In this document: piece after piece, positions 38,440 to 46,506 of the stretch | Numbering within the stretch: position 1 is the stretch's first letter | Layout of the letters: each line of letters begins with the position of its first letter | Origin: an uncultured Candidatus Saccharibacteria bacterium | GTDB lineage: Bacteria > Patescibacteriota > Minisyncoccia > Phycocordibacterales > UBA5272 | Assembly: GCA_964393005.1 (NCBI GenBank) | Contig: CAYMRR010000001.1 | Location: forward strand, 1-54,380 | DNA length: 54,380 nucleotides | Direction: 5' to 3' | Made by a program: the position numbers and the translations under genes | Notes under the pieces: model-generated | What the model was told of the DNA's origin: nothing | The model's database searches: none | The model's input: only the letters and a program-made list of their open reading frames with translations

Positions 38440-39939
38440 TTAAAAGAATTTTTTATGTTCTTTTAAATAATTTTTAATATGTCTCTTTGCTAAAGATGTA
38501 GCTGTATAGTCTAGCCATTTTCTGCTAGGTTTAGAGTCTTCTTTGGTTATAATACTTACCATATCTCCATCTTTTAGTTTGGTATTAAGAGATACCAATT
38601 TATTATTAACTTTTGCTCCAAAAACATGGTTTCCGATATCTGAGTGTACAGCATAAGCAAAATCTATTACTCCAGAGCCGAGAGGCATTTCTATAACATC
38701 TCCTTTAGGAGTGTGTATAAATAAAGTTTTATCAAAAAATTCTTCTTTTATTTCTTTTATAAATTCATTGTCTACTTTATCTTCTTCTTGCTTTAAGAGT
38801 AAGCTTTTAGTCCAAGCTATTTTTTGATTTATATTTTTTATTTTCTCTCCTTCTTTTTGGTTTTTGATTTTTTTACTGTCTCCAGCTTCTTTATAGCTTA
38901 GGTGAGAGGCTATACCGTATTCAGCTTCTTCATGCATAAAAAGAGTTCTAATTTGTATTTCAAAAGCTCCTCCTTCACCGTCAAATAAGGTAGTATGTAA
39001 AGATTGATAGCCATTTGGCTTAGGAAGTGCTATATAGTCTTTAAAACGGCCAGGAATAGGCTTGTAGAGGCCATGTATCACTCCTAAAGCTTGATAGCAA
39101 GTAGGTATATCTTTTACTATTATTCGCATAGCAGCTATATCATAAATTTTTTGTATATCCCAATCATGAGATTTTAGTTTTTCATAAAGAGAATAGAGAT
39201 GTTTTAGTCTGTGATCTATTTTTATATAATCTATTTCAAATATAGAAAGCTCTTCTTTGACTTTATTTAATATATTTAATAGATATTCTTCTCTGGCTGC
39301 TTCTTGAGTATTATAAAGCTCTTTTGTTTTCAGATAATCTTTAGGAAAGACATAAGGAAATACATTGTCTTCTAGCTCACTTTTTAATTTTCCCATACCT
39401 AGCCTATCTGCCAGGCGAGCATATATTTCTAGAGTCTCTAGTGCTATTCTTTTTCTTTTGTCTTCTTCTATATATTCTAAAGTAGAGCTATTATGCAACC
39501 TATCACAAAGCTTTATAACTACCACTCTTATATCTTCAGCCAAAGCTACAAAAAACTTTCGCATACTTTCAGCATGTCTTTCTACTCCTTTATATTTTAT
39601 AGTACCCAATTTTTTGACTCCCAGTACTAAAAATAAAACTTCTTTACCAAATTCTTTTTCTATATCTTCTTCTTTTATATTTGTTTCATCTAAAGTGTCA
39701 TGCAAAAGCCCAGCTATAATGGTAGTGGTATCCATATTTTGTCTAGCAATATTTATAGCAGTAAATACACAATGAGAAAAATAAGATTCTCCAGACTTTC
39801 GTAAAGATCCTTCATGAGCTTTTTTGGCAAAATCATAAGCTTTTTTAATAAGCTCTATATTTTGAGTAGAAAACTCTTTTTCTTTTGGAGAATTTTTTAA
39901 AATCTCTAAATAAGAGGGGATTTTCTCATTTTTTGACAT
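38440..39939 (-). CDS. relA: RelA/SpoT homologue: HD hydrolase, synthetase and TGS domains, short form
   Basis: HD domain (LLHDTLDET), synthetase blocks (YDIAAMRIIV, GYQSLHTTL, EIQIRT) and TGS (HTPKGDVIEMPLGSGVIDFAY). The protein ends about 45 aa after TGS. Confidence 0.9.
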   Translation of the reverse strand: MSKNEKIPSYLEILKNSPKEKEFSTQNIELIKKAYDFAKKAHEGSLRKSGESYFSHCVFTAINIARQNMDTTTIIAGLLHDTLDETNIKEEDIEKEFGKEVLFLVLGVKKLGTIKYKGVERHAESMRKFFVALAEDIRVVVIKLCDRLHNSSTLEYIEEDKRKRIALETLEIYARLADRLGMGKLKSELEDNVFPYVFPKDYLKTKELYNTQEAAREEYLLNILNKVKEELSIFEIDYIKIDHRLKHLYSLYEKLKSHDWDIQKIYDIAAMRIIVKDIPTCYQALGVIHGLYKPIPGRFKDYIALPKPNGYQSLHTTLFDGEGGAFEIQIRTLFMHEEAEYGIASHLSYKEAGDSKKIKNQKEGEKIKNINQKIAWTKSLLLKQEEDKVDNEFIKEIKEEFFDKTLFIHTPKGDVIEMPLGSGVIDFAYAVHSDIGNHVFGAKVNNKLVSLNTKLKDGDMVSIITKEDSKPSRKWLDYTATSLAKRHIKNYLKEHKKFF

Positions 39940-40079
39940 AAATATATACTTTAAATATTATATTAAGTTTAGCATCTTTTAGATTAAAAATTAAAATAAA
40001 AACTTGACAGATATAGAGTACTTGTGATATATTTCTTAATAGAGTTCTTTTAAATTCAAACAAACTAAATTTTTTTATT

Positions 40080-40487
40080 ATGGCAGAAATGGCAGAAAAC
40101 ACTAAGAAACAAAACGGAAATGGAAAAAGAATTATCCTTAAACAAGAGGAAATTCTAAAAATTAAGACCTTTAAAGATGTGAAGCTCAATAATCCTGCAG
40201 ATTATTATGAAGGGTTAGAAGACGCTGCACTCTTAAAAAAACAAAGTGTCACATTTATATGTAACACAGAGTACAAAGAGATCAAAGTGGTAAAAATAAT
40301 GGGTGTCTTTACTTTTTTACTACAAGCTAAGGTTAAAGGTTCTGGTAAAGAGTATTGTGACCTTTATGTTACCAGTAATTCAGCTAAAGAGTTAGCCAAG
40401 ATGCTAGACAAATGCTTAGCATATCACGGACATAAACCGAAATATTTCTTAAAGAAATGTGGAGAAAGAGTAATCTCCATAAAATAA
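40080..40487 (+). CDS. hypothetical protein, 135 aa
   Basis: ORF with its own TTGACA-17-ATATAT promoter (about 40005-40033) and a strong terminator. I recognise no motif. Confidence 0.5.
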   Translation: MAEMAENTKKQNGNGKRIILKQEEILKIKTFKDVKLNNPADYYEGLEDAALLKKQSVTFICNTEYKEIKVVKIMGVFTFLLQAKVKGSGKEYCDLYVTSNSAKELAKMLDKCLAYHGHKPKYFLKKCGERVISIK

Positions 40488-40509
40488 AAATATTTTAGGA
40501 TAAAGATTT

Positions 40510-40538
40510 AAAAGCCGCTTCTCAAGCGGCTTTTTTTT
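40510..40538. terminator. bidirectional GC-rich terminator
   Basis: AGCCGCTT-CTC-AAGCGGCT with an A-run before it and a T-run after it. The topA stop codon (comp 40537-40539) abuts it. Confidence 0.8.
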
Positions 40539-42756
40539 ATTTCTTTTTATCTAGCTTATGTGGGTTATGATTTGGACAAGTTTTACTAGAACATCTCTCT
40601 GGAATAGTTTTTGTTCCTTCCATCATAAGCTCTCCACACATTTTACAATTATGTCCTGTAGGTTTAGCTTTAATAGCTAATTTGCAAGTAGGATAATTTG
40701 AACAAGAATAAAATATACCAAATCTACCTCTTCTTTCTTCTAAATAACCGTCTTCACATTTATTACATTTTACTCCAGTGCTCTTTTTTTGTTTTTCTTC
40801 TTCACTTACTTCTATATATTTACATTTTGGATAATCTGAGCAAGCTATAAATTTACCATATCTTCCAGATCTTTCTATTAGTTTTCCTTTTTCACATTTA
40901 GGGCAAATCTTTCCGGTATCTTTTGGACCTTCTAACACTTCTCCATCTAATGTTCTCGCTCCACTACAATCTGGAAATTTAGAGCAAGAATAAAATTTAC
41001 CAGTTTTAGAAAGCTTTACTATCATTTTAGAATTGCATTCCGGACATTTTATATCTTTTGGTGCTTCTCCAAAATTGTTTACTTTTTCTATTTTATCTTT
41101 TTCTTTTATTTCTTTTTGAAATGGCTTATAAAAATCTGTAAGTAGTTTTTTATAAGTAAGTTTTCCTTCGGCTATTTTATCTAAATCTTTTTCCATGTCA
41201 CTAGTAAAGCTATCTGATATATATTTTGCAAAATTTTCTTCAAGAAAATCAGAAACCACTTCTCCTGTATCTGTAGGAAAGAGTGATCTGTTTATTTTTT
41301 CTACATAGCCTCTATCTTCTATAGTAGAGATAATAGAAGCATAGGTAGATGGTCTACCAATATCTCTTTTTTCTAATTCTTTTATCAGACTTGCTTCAGA
41401 ATATCTGCTAGGGGGTAATGTTTCTTTTTCTATAGAATTAATGGTCAAAAGTTTTAGAGTATCTCCTATTTCAAGTTTAGGTAAAATAAAATCTTCTCCT
41501 CTTCCATCTTCTTCAGCTTTTAGCCATCCATCAAAAATAACTACAGAGCCATTTATATAAAAATCTGGATAATCTTTACTGTTTTCTATATTGGCTATTA
41601 TTTTAGTTCTTAAAAGTTTTGCATCTTTCATCTGGGAGGCTACTGTTCTACTCCAAATAAGATTATAAAGTCTTTTTTCATCAGAAGATGTTCCAGCAGA
41701 TAAAACTTTTATTTGAGTAGGTCTTATAGCTTCATGGGCTTCTTGTGCATTTTTAGATTTAGTTTTATAAACTCTTTTTTCTAAATATTCTTTTCCATAA
41801 TTTTTTAAGATTAAAGATTCTATTTCTTTTATAGCGGAAGTTGCTAAATTGGTAGAATCTGTTCTCATATAAGTAATAAACCCTTTTTCATAAAGCTTTT
41901 GAGCTAGTATCATTGTCTTTTTTGGAGAATATCCTAGTCTACTAGATGCAGTTTGCTGTAAAGTGGAAGTAATAAAAGGAGGACGAGGGGAAGATTTTGC
42001 ATTAGTTTCTTTTATATCTTTTACATACCAATTTCCAGCTTTACCTTCTTTTACTATTTTTATAGCTAATTCTTTTGCTTCTACTGAATTAGTTTTTGGT
42101 TTTAAACCTGGCTCGAGTTCGCAATCTAAGACTAATTTATATTTTTTAGATTCTTTGAGACGTCCTTTTGTTTCTACTTCTGCGGCAATATTGTAATATT
42201 TTATAGGAATAAAATTTCGTATTTCTCTTTCTCTTTCCATTATTATCCTAAGAGCTGGAGACTGCACTCTTCCAGCAGAAAGACCATATCGGACTTTTTT
42301 CCAAATAATTCCAGACAAATCATAGCCTACTAACCTATCTAAAACTCTACGAGCTTCTTGAGCTTCTTTTAAGTCCATATCTATTTCTCTTGGATTTTTT
42401 AGAGCTTCAAGTACTGCTTCTTTAGTTATTTCATTAAATACTGCTCTTTTAGCCTTTTTAAGCCCTAAGGCTTCTTTTACATGCCAAGCTATTGCTTCTC
42501 CTTCTCTATCGGGGTCGGTAGCTAAAATAGTCTCACTAGCTTTTTTGCTTAAAGATTTAATCTCTGCAATTACTTTTTCTTTTCCTTTTACCACTTCATA
42601 ATTTGGAATAAACCCATTTTCTATATCAAGAGCTTTTTTATTTGATTTTGGTAAATCACGAATATGGCCTACAGAAGCTCGCACAGTATAATCACCACTG
42701 AGATATTTTTCGATAGTTTTTGCTTTGCTTGGTGACTCTACAATAAGTAATTTCAT
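40537..42756 (-). CDS. topA: DNA topoisomerase I
   Basis: Toprim LLIVESPSKAKTI, active-site tyrosine context GFITYMRTDS, and four C-terminal Cys4-type zinc ribbons. Confidence 0.96.
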   Translation of the reverse strand: MKLLIVESPSKAKTIEKYLSGDYTVRASVGHIRDLPKSNKKALDIENGFIPNYEVVKGKEKVIAEIKSLSKKASETILATDPDREGEAIAWHVKEALGLKKAKRAVFNEITKEAVLEALKNPREIDMDLKEAQEARRVLDRLVGYDLSGIIWKKVRYGLSAGRVQSPALRIIMEREREIRNFIPIKYYNIAAEVETKGRLKESKKYKLVLDCELEPGLKPKTNSVEAKELAIKIVKEGKAGNWYVKDIKETNAKSSPRPPFITSTLQQTASSRLGYSPKKTMILAQKLYEKGFITYMRTDSTNLATSAIKEIESLILKNYGKEYLEKRVYKTKSKNAQEAHEAIRPTQIKVLSAGTSSDEKRLYNLIWSRTVASQMKDAKLLRTKIIANIENSKDYPDFYINGSVVIFDGWLKAEEDGRGEDFILPKLEIGDTLKLLTINSIEKETLPPSRYSEASLIKELEKRDIGRPSTYASIISTIEDRGYVEKINRSLFPTDTGEVVSDFLEENFAKYISDSFTSDMEKDLDKIAEGKLTYKKLLTDFYKPFQKEIKEKDKIEKVNNFGEAPKDIKCPECNSKMIVKLSKTGKFYSCSKFPDCSGARTLDGEVLEGPKDTGKICPKCEKGKLIERSGRYGKFIACSDYPKCKYIEVSEEEKQKKSTGVKCNKCEDGYLEERRGRFGIFYSCSNYPTCKLAIKAKPTGHNCKMCGELMMEGTKTIPERCSSKTCPNHNPHKLDKKK

Positions 42757-42891
42757 AAAATATAAATATTAGTTTATTTAATAGTGGGTTTAATAATTTA
42801 AAAACAAAAAAAAGATAAAATAAATTAGTTTTTTTATTATAGCACAGGAGTATAACAAGAGATTTATTTTTATCAAAACTCTCTATACTTA

Positions 42892-45297
42892 TTATTTAGC
42901 ATAACTAGTAGCTTCATCAAATTTTATAGAAAGAAGTTTAGATGATCCATCGCTTCCTATAGTCACACCATAAAGCACATCACATTGATTCATAGTTTCT
43001 CTATTGTGAGTAATTATAAGTAGTTTAGATTTTTCTGAAAGCCTTCTTATCATTTTTCCATATTTTCTAGCATTAGATTCATCAAGAGCAGCATCTGTCT
43101 CATCTAAAACCATAAAAGGTGGATGATTTATAGAGCTCATAGCAAATATAAGAGCAATAGAAGATAGAGCCCTCTCTCCACCAGAAAGCATTTGCAAATC
43201 TTTTACCTTTTTTTCTGGTAAGTTTACAGAGATTTCTATACCTGGCTCCTTTTTTTCTTTTTCCTCTAATTCTAAACTTTCATCTAACTTTTCTATATCT
43301 TGAATTTTATTTTTATTTACTATCTTTTCTAAAGATAAAGAAGCTTTACCGCCAGGAAAGACTTCATTAAAATAGTGGTTAAAATTATGATTTATCTTTT
43401 CAAGGCCAATATTAAAGTCATTTAATAAAGTATCTTTTAATTCTTGTATCAAGTTTTCTAAATTAGCTCTAGATTCTTCTAAGTCTGTAATTTCTTTTAT
43501 TAGAAACCCATCTCTTTCACTTAAGTTTTCATATTCACTTATTATTTCTCTTGCATTTATTACTCCACTTTCTTCTATTCTTATTTTACTTCTCTCTATT
43601 CTTTTAGAAAGTTCTGGCTGAGGCAAGCTATAAAACATTTTTTCTATTTCTGGAATATTATCTAAATCCAAAGTTTTGTATTTAAATATTTTATCTCCAA
43701 TAAGAGAGCTCATATCTTGAATAAGGGTGTCAAAATTTAATTCTTGAAGAGTCAAAGCTTCTTCTTTGTTTTTAATTATTTCTCTAGCAGAATAAAGTTT
43801 TTCTAAATTAAGTTTTACTTCCAAAATATCATTATCCATTCTATAAAATCTATTTTTATCTTCTTTTTCTAAATTAGAAAGTTCTATTTTTTTATTTTCT
43901 ATATTTCGTAGTAATTCTTCCTTTTCTATTTCTAGTCTTTCTAATACTATTTTTCTTTCGCTTAATTTTATATTTAATAATTCTGTTTCTTTGTTTAGAT
44001 TTTCTTGATTTTCATTTTCTATAGAAATAGAAGAAGAAAGTGAATCATGTTGAGATGCTTTTTCTATTTCAGATAGAAAAGATATTTCGTTTTCTTTTGC
44101 TCTTTCTAGAGAGTCATTTAAAGCTATATAATCTTTAGCTCCAAAAAAATTAAATATATTATTCCAAATAAGATTTCTATTTTCTTTATAAGAATAAAAT
44201 TTATTTTTATTTATAAAATAGTCTGCTATTTCTTTTCTTTCACTTTCTTTTAATTTTTCTCTTTTTAAATCTTCTTCTTTTTTTATTAAAAATCTAATTT
44301 CTACTTCTAGATTCAATATTTCAGAATACATTTCTTCTCTTTTTTTAGTAAGAGTAAATAGTTTTTCTTCTTCTTTTTTAATTTCTTCTCTCAAAAAGAT
44401 TATTTTATCACTTTCTTCTTCTATATCTTTTTTTTCTATTTCTTTTTTAGCATCAAGCAAAGTGTGCAATTTTGTTTCTAAAGAACTTATTTCATTGTCT
44501 ATACTTTCGTGTTCTAATTCTTTTTTCTTTTTTTCTATATCTTTATCTTCTCTAAAAAGATAGACGGAAAGCATCTCATCCATTAGGCCAATTTCTTCTT
44601 CTCGCTTTTCAAGCTCTTTTACTTGTTTTCGTAAATAATTGAGATGGGGAACATTTGCTTTTCGTATGATCTCTATTTCTTTAAGATGTGATTTTACTTT
44701 TTCAAGCTTTTTTTCTCCTTCTTTTATTCGCATATGATAGATTCGTAGCCCAAGAGCGTCTTCTATCATTTCTCTTCTTTCAGAGCTATTAGCCAGCAAT
44801 ACTCTATCTGCTTCTCCTTGATTGACTATAGTATGTCCTGCAACAGAAATATTGGCCATAGCCAAAAGCTCTTGCACATCTTTTAGCCTAACCTTTGTGC
44901 CATTTATAAGATATTCTCCAACTCCATCAGAAAATATTTCTCTTGTTAGAATTATCTCATCAAGATTTATAAAATTTGAAAGTATAGATGAAGTTTCAGA
45001 TTTGCTATTGTAGATTTTATCGTTTATCTTTTTTTCTTTATTATCTAAATGTATAGATACACTAGCTCTAGAAAGAGGGGATAAAGTAGAAGATCCTTTA
45101 AAGATAAGGTCGCTACTACTTTTTGTCCTAAGGCCTTTCATACTTTGCTCTCCAAGCACAAAGCGAATCGCTTCGGCTACATTTGATTTGCCAGATCCAT
45201 TAGGCCCTACCACTCCTGTAGCAGGAGAAGTAAGATCTAGATTTACTTTCTTAGCAAAGCTTTTAAAGCCTTGCATGCTTACCGATTTTAAATACAT
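42892..45297 (-). CDS. smc: SMC-family ATPase, short (801 aa), no recognisable hinge
   Basis: N-terminal head FKSFA...GPNGSGKSN, QGEADRV, and C-terminal head LSGGERALSSIALIFA and FMVLDETDAALD. The middle is continuous coiled-coil-like Glu/Lys/Leu sequence. Confidence 0.8.
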   Translation of the reverse strand: MYLKSVSMQGFKSFAKKVNLDLTSPATGVVGPNGSGKSNVAEAIRFVLGEQSMKGLRTKSSSDLIFKGSSTLSPLSRASVSIHLDNKEKKINDKIYNSKSETSSILSNFINLDEIILTREIFSDGVGEYLINGTKVRLKDVQELLAMANISVAGHTIVNQGEADRVLLANSSERREMIEDALGLRIYHMRIKEGEKKLEKVKSHLKEIEIIRKANVPHLNYLRKQVKELEKREEEIGLMDEMLSVYLFREDKDIEKKKKELEHESIDNEISSLETKLHTLLDAKKEIEKKDIEEESDKIIFLREEIKKEEEKLFTLTKKREEMYSEILNLEVEIRFLIKKEEDLKREKLKESERKEIADYFINKNKFYSYKENRNLIWNNIFNFFGAKDYIALNDSLERAKENEISFLSEIEKASQHDSLSSSISIENENQENLNKETELLNIKLSERKIVLERLEIEKEELLRNIENKKIELSNLEKEDKNRFYRMDNDILEVKLNLEKLYSAREIIKNKEEALTLQELNFDTLIQDMSSLIGDKIFKYKTLDLDNIPEIEKMFYSLPQPELSKRIERSKIRIEESGVINAREIISEYENLSERDGFLIKEITDLEESRANLENLIQELKDTLLNDFNIGLEKINHNFNHYFNEVFPGGKASLSLEKIVNKNKIQDIEKLDESLELEEKEKKEPGIEISVNLPEKKVKDLQMLSGGERALSSIALIFAMSSINHPPFMVLDETDAALDESNARKYGKMIRRLSEKSKLLIITHNRETMNQCDVLYGVTIGSDGSSKLLSIKFDEATSYAK

Positions 45298-45368
45298 AAA
45301 ATAAAAAATAAAGACTCAACTTTATTAAAATTATAACACAATTTTAGAAGCTGTTTTTGCTAATTCTT

Positions 45369-45851
45369 TTAAATTAGATTTTTAGTAAGTCTTATAAAGA
45401 TGTTAATAAATAAAAATCCAAAAATCATTCCTATAGCCAAGCCTCCCAGTATATCTATATAAAAATGTACTCCAGTTAATACTCTAGAAACTCCTACTAG
45501 CACTCCTAAAATAATTGTAAAAATTCCAAGCTTTTTATCATAAGCATATAAAGCTACTCCCAAAGCTACTATAAAAGTAGTATGTCCAGAAGGAAAAGAA
45601 TAAGGGTCTATAGGAGTGATAAATTCTCCTACTGTAGTAGGTCTTTCTATTTTTAAAATATTTTTTATTACCATGCTACCCATAACCCAAGAAAGTACAG
45701 CAGAAAAAGAAACCAATATCATTTTTTTAATATTAGTAAAAAGACTTTTTTTAAATTGTTCTTGTTTTTTATTTTTATAAAGATAATAAAGTAAAATAAA
45801 AGGTGTAAAAAATATTAAATATTTAGCTAAAATAAAAAAAATACTCATCAT
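45369..45851 (-). CDS. PAP2 family phosphatase (BcrC/undecaprenyl-diphosphatase-like)
   Basis: Motifs SFPSGHT and SRVLTGVHFYIDILGG. I moved the start to Met29 of the track ORF because codons 1-28 overlap tRNA-Leu. Confidence 0.8.
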   Translation of the reverse strand: MMSIFFILAKYLIFFTPFILLYYLYKNKKQEQFKKSLFTNIKKMILVSFSAVLSWVMGSMVIKNILKIERPTTVGEFITPIDPYSFPSGHTTFIVALGVALYAYDKKLGIFTIILGVLVGVSRVLTGVHFYIDILGGLAIGMIFGFLFINIFIRLTKNLI

Positions 45852-45859
45852 AAAGTTTG

Positions 45860-45941
45860 TGCTCGGGGCGGGACTTGAACCCGCAAGCCGTGAGGCAAAA
45901 GATTTTAAGTCTTTCGTGTATACCGATTCCACCACCCGAGC
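45860..45941 (-). tRNA. tRNA-Leu (anticodon TAA), no encoded CCA
   Basis: Reverse complement: acceptor GCTCGGG/CCCGAGC, anticodon arm AAAGA-CTTAAAA-TCTTT, a variable hairpin, and T arm GCGGG-TTCAAGT-CCCGC. Confidence 0.9.
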
Positions 45942-46043
45942 TTAAAACTAAAATCTATTTTAACATAAATTTTAAAAAAAAATAAATTCTTAATAATTTT
46001 ATTAATATTTGAAATATGGTAAACTAGTAAAGTTAAAATAATT

Positions 46044-46117
46044 GGTGCGATGGCGAAGTGGTCTAACGCTGCGGTTTGCAAAACCGTCATTCGCGGGTTC
46101 AAATCCCGCTCGCACCT
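46044..46117 (+). tRNA. tRNA-Cys (anticodon GCA), no encoded CCA
   Basis: Acceptor GGTGCGA/TCGCACC, anticodon arm GCGGT-TTGCAAA-ACCGT, T arm GCGGG-TTCAAAT-CCCGC. Confidence 0.9.
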
Positions 46118-46199
46118 CAAAGCATAAATCTATACTTTTCTAAAAGCTTTATTCTTTTAAAAGTTATTTTCTTATGCTATAATAGTTTTTGTTTTCTAG

Positions 46200-46272
46200 G
46201 GGCCCTTAGCTCATATGGTAGAGCGCCGGTTTTGCACTCCGGAGGTGAGCGGTTCGATTCCGCTAGGGTCCA
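46200..46272 (+). tRNA. tRNA-Ala (anticodon TGC), no encoded CCA
   Basis: Acceptor GGGCCCT/AGGGTCC with the G3:U70 alanine identity pair, anticodon loop TTTGCAC, T arm AGCGG-TTCGATT-CCGCT. There is one U:U at 31:39. Confidence 0.88.
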
Positions 46273-46360
46273 CAAATTACTCTGAATACTATAAATAAAA
46301 AATCAAAAAAGTATTCTAGAAACCCTTGACTTTTAAATATAGACATGCTATGATACAATT

Positions 46361-46417
46361 GGTGGAATATCGGCCTAATATTTAAAAACTCTCTTTTTGG
46401 AGGGTTTTTTCTTTTTT
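46361..46417 (+). ncRNA. candidate orphan short transcript, cassette B
   Basis: TTGACT (46326-46331), a 17-nt spacer ending TGC, and TATGAT (46349-46354). Then ACAATTGGTGGAATATCGGCCTAATATTTAAAAA, the hairpin AACTCTC/GAGGGTT (46387-46406) and a T-run. Confidence 0.35.
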
Positions 46418-46506
46418 ATTTTATTTGACAAAATACAGTTTTTTTGATATTTTTCTTTTAGAAACAAGTACTTTTATAATAAATCTTTAAAACCAAATAG
46501 ACAAAA

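Noticed and set aside
39926-40189. 87-aa minus-strand ORF spanning the RSH/orphan-gene divergent promoter region
   Set aside because: It overlaps the start of the RSH gene, the intergenic promoters and the 5' end of the plus-strand 135-aa ORF. Its hydrophobic low-complexity translation comes from AT-rich non-coding DNA.
45852-45935. N-terminal 28 codons of the PAP2 track ORF
   Set aside because: This segment overlaps tRNA-Leu(TAA) on the same strand. An ATG-ATG pair at 45846-45851, just outside the tRNA, gives a sensible start directly before the first TM helix.
45905-46285. ORFs 45905-46120 (-) and 46076-46285 (+)
   Set aside because: They are translations across tRNA-Leu, tRNA-Cys and tRNA-Ala genes and their spacers. 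The tRNA folds are clean.
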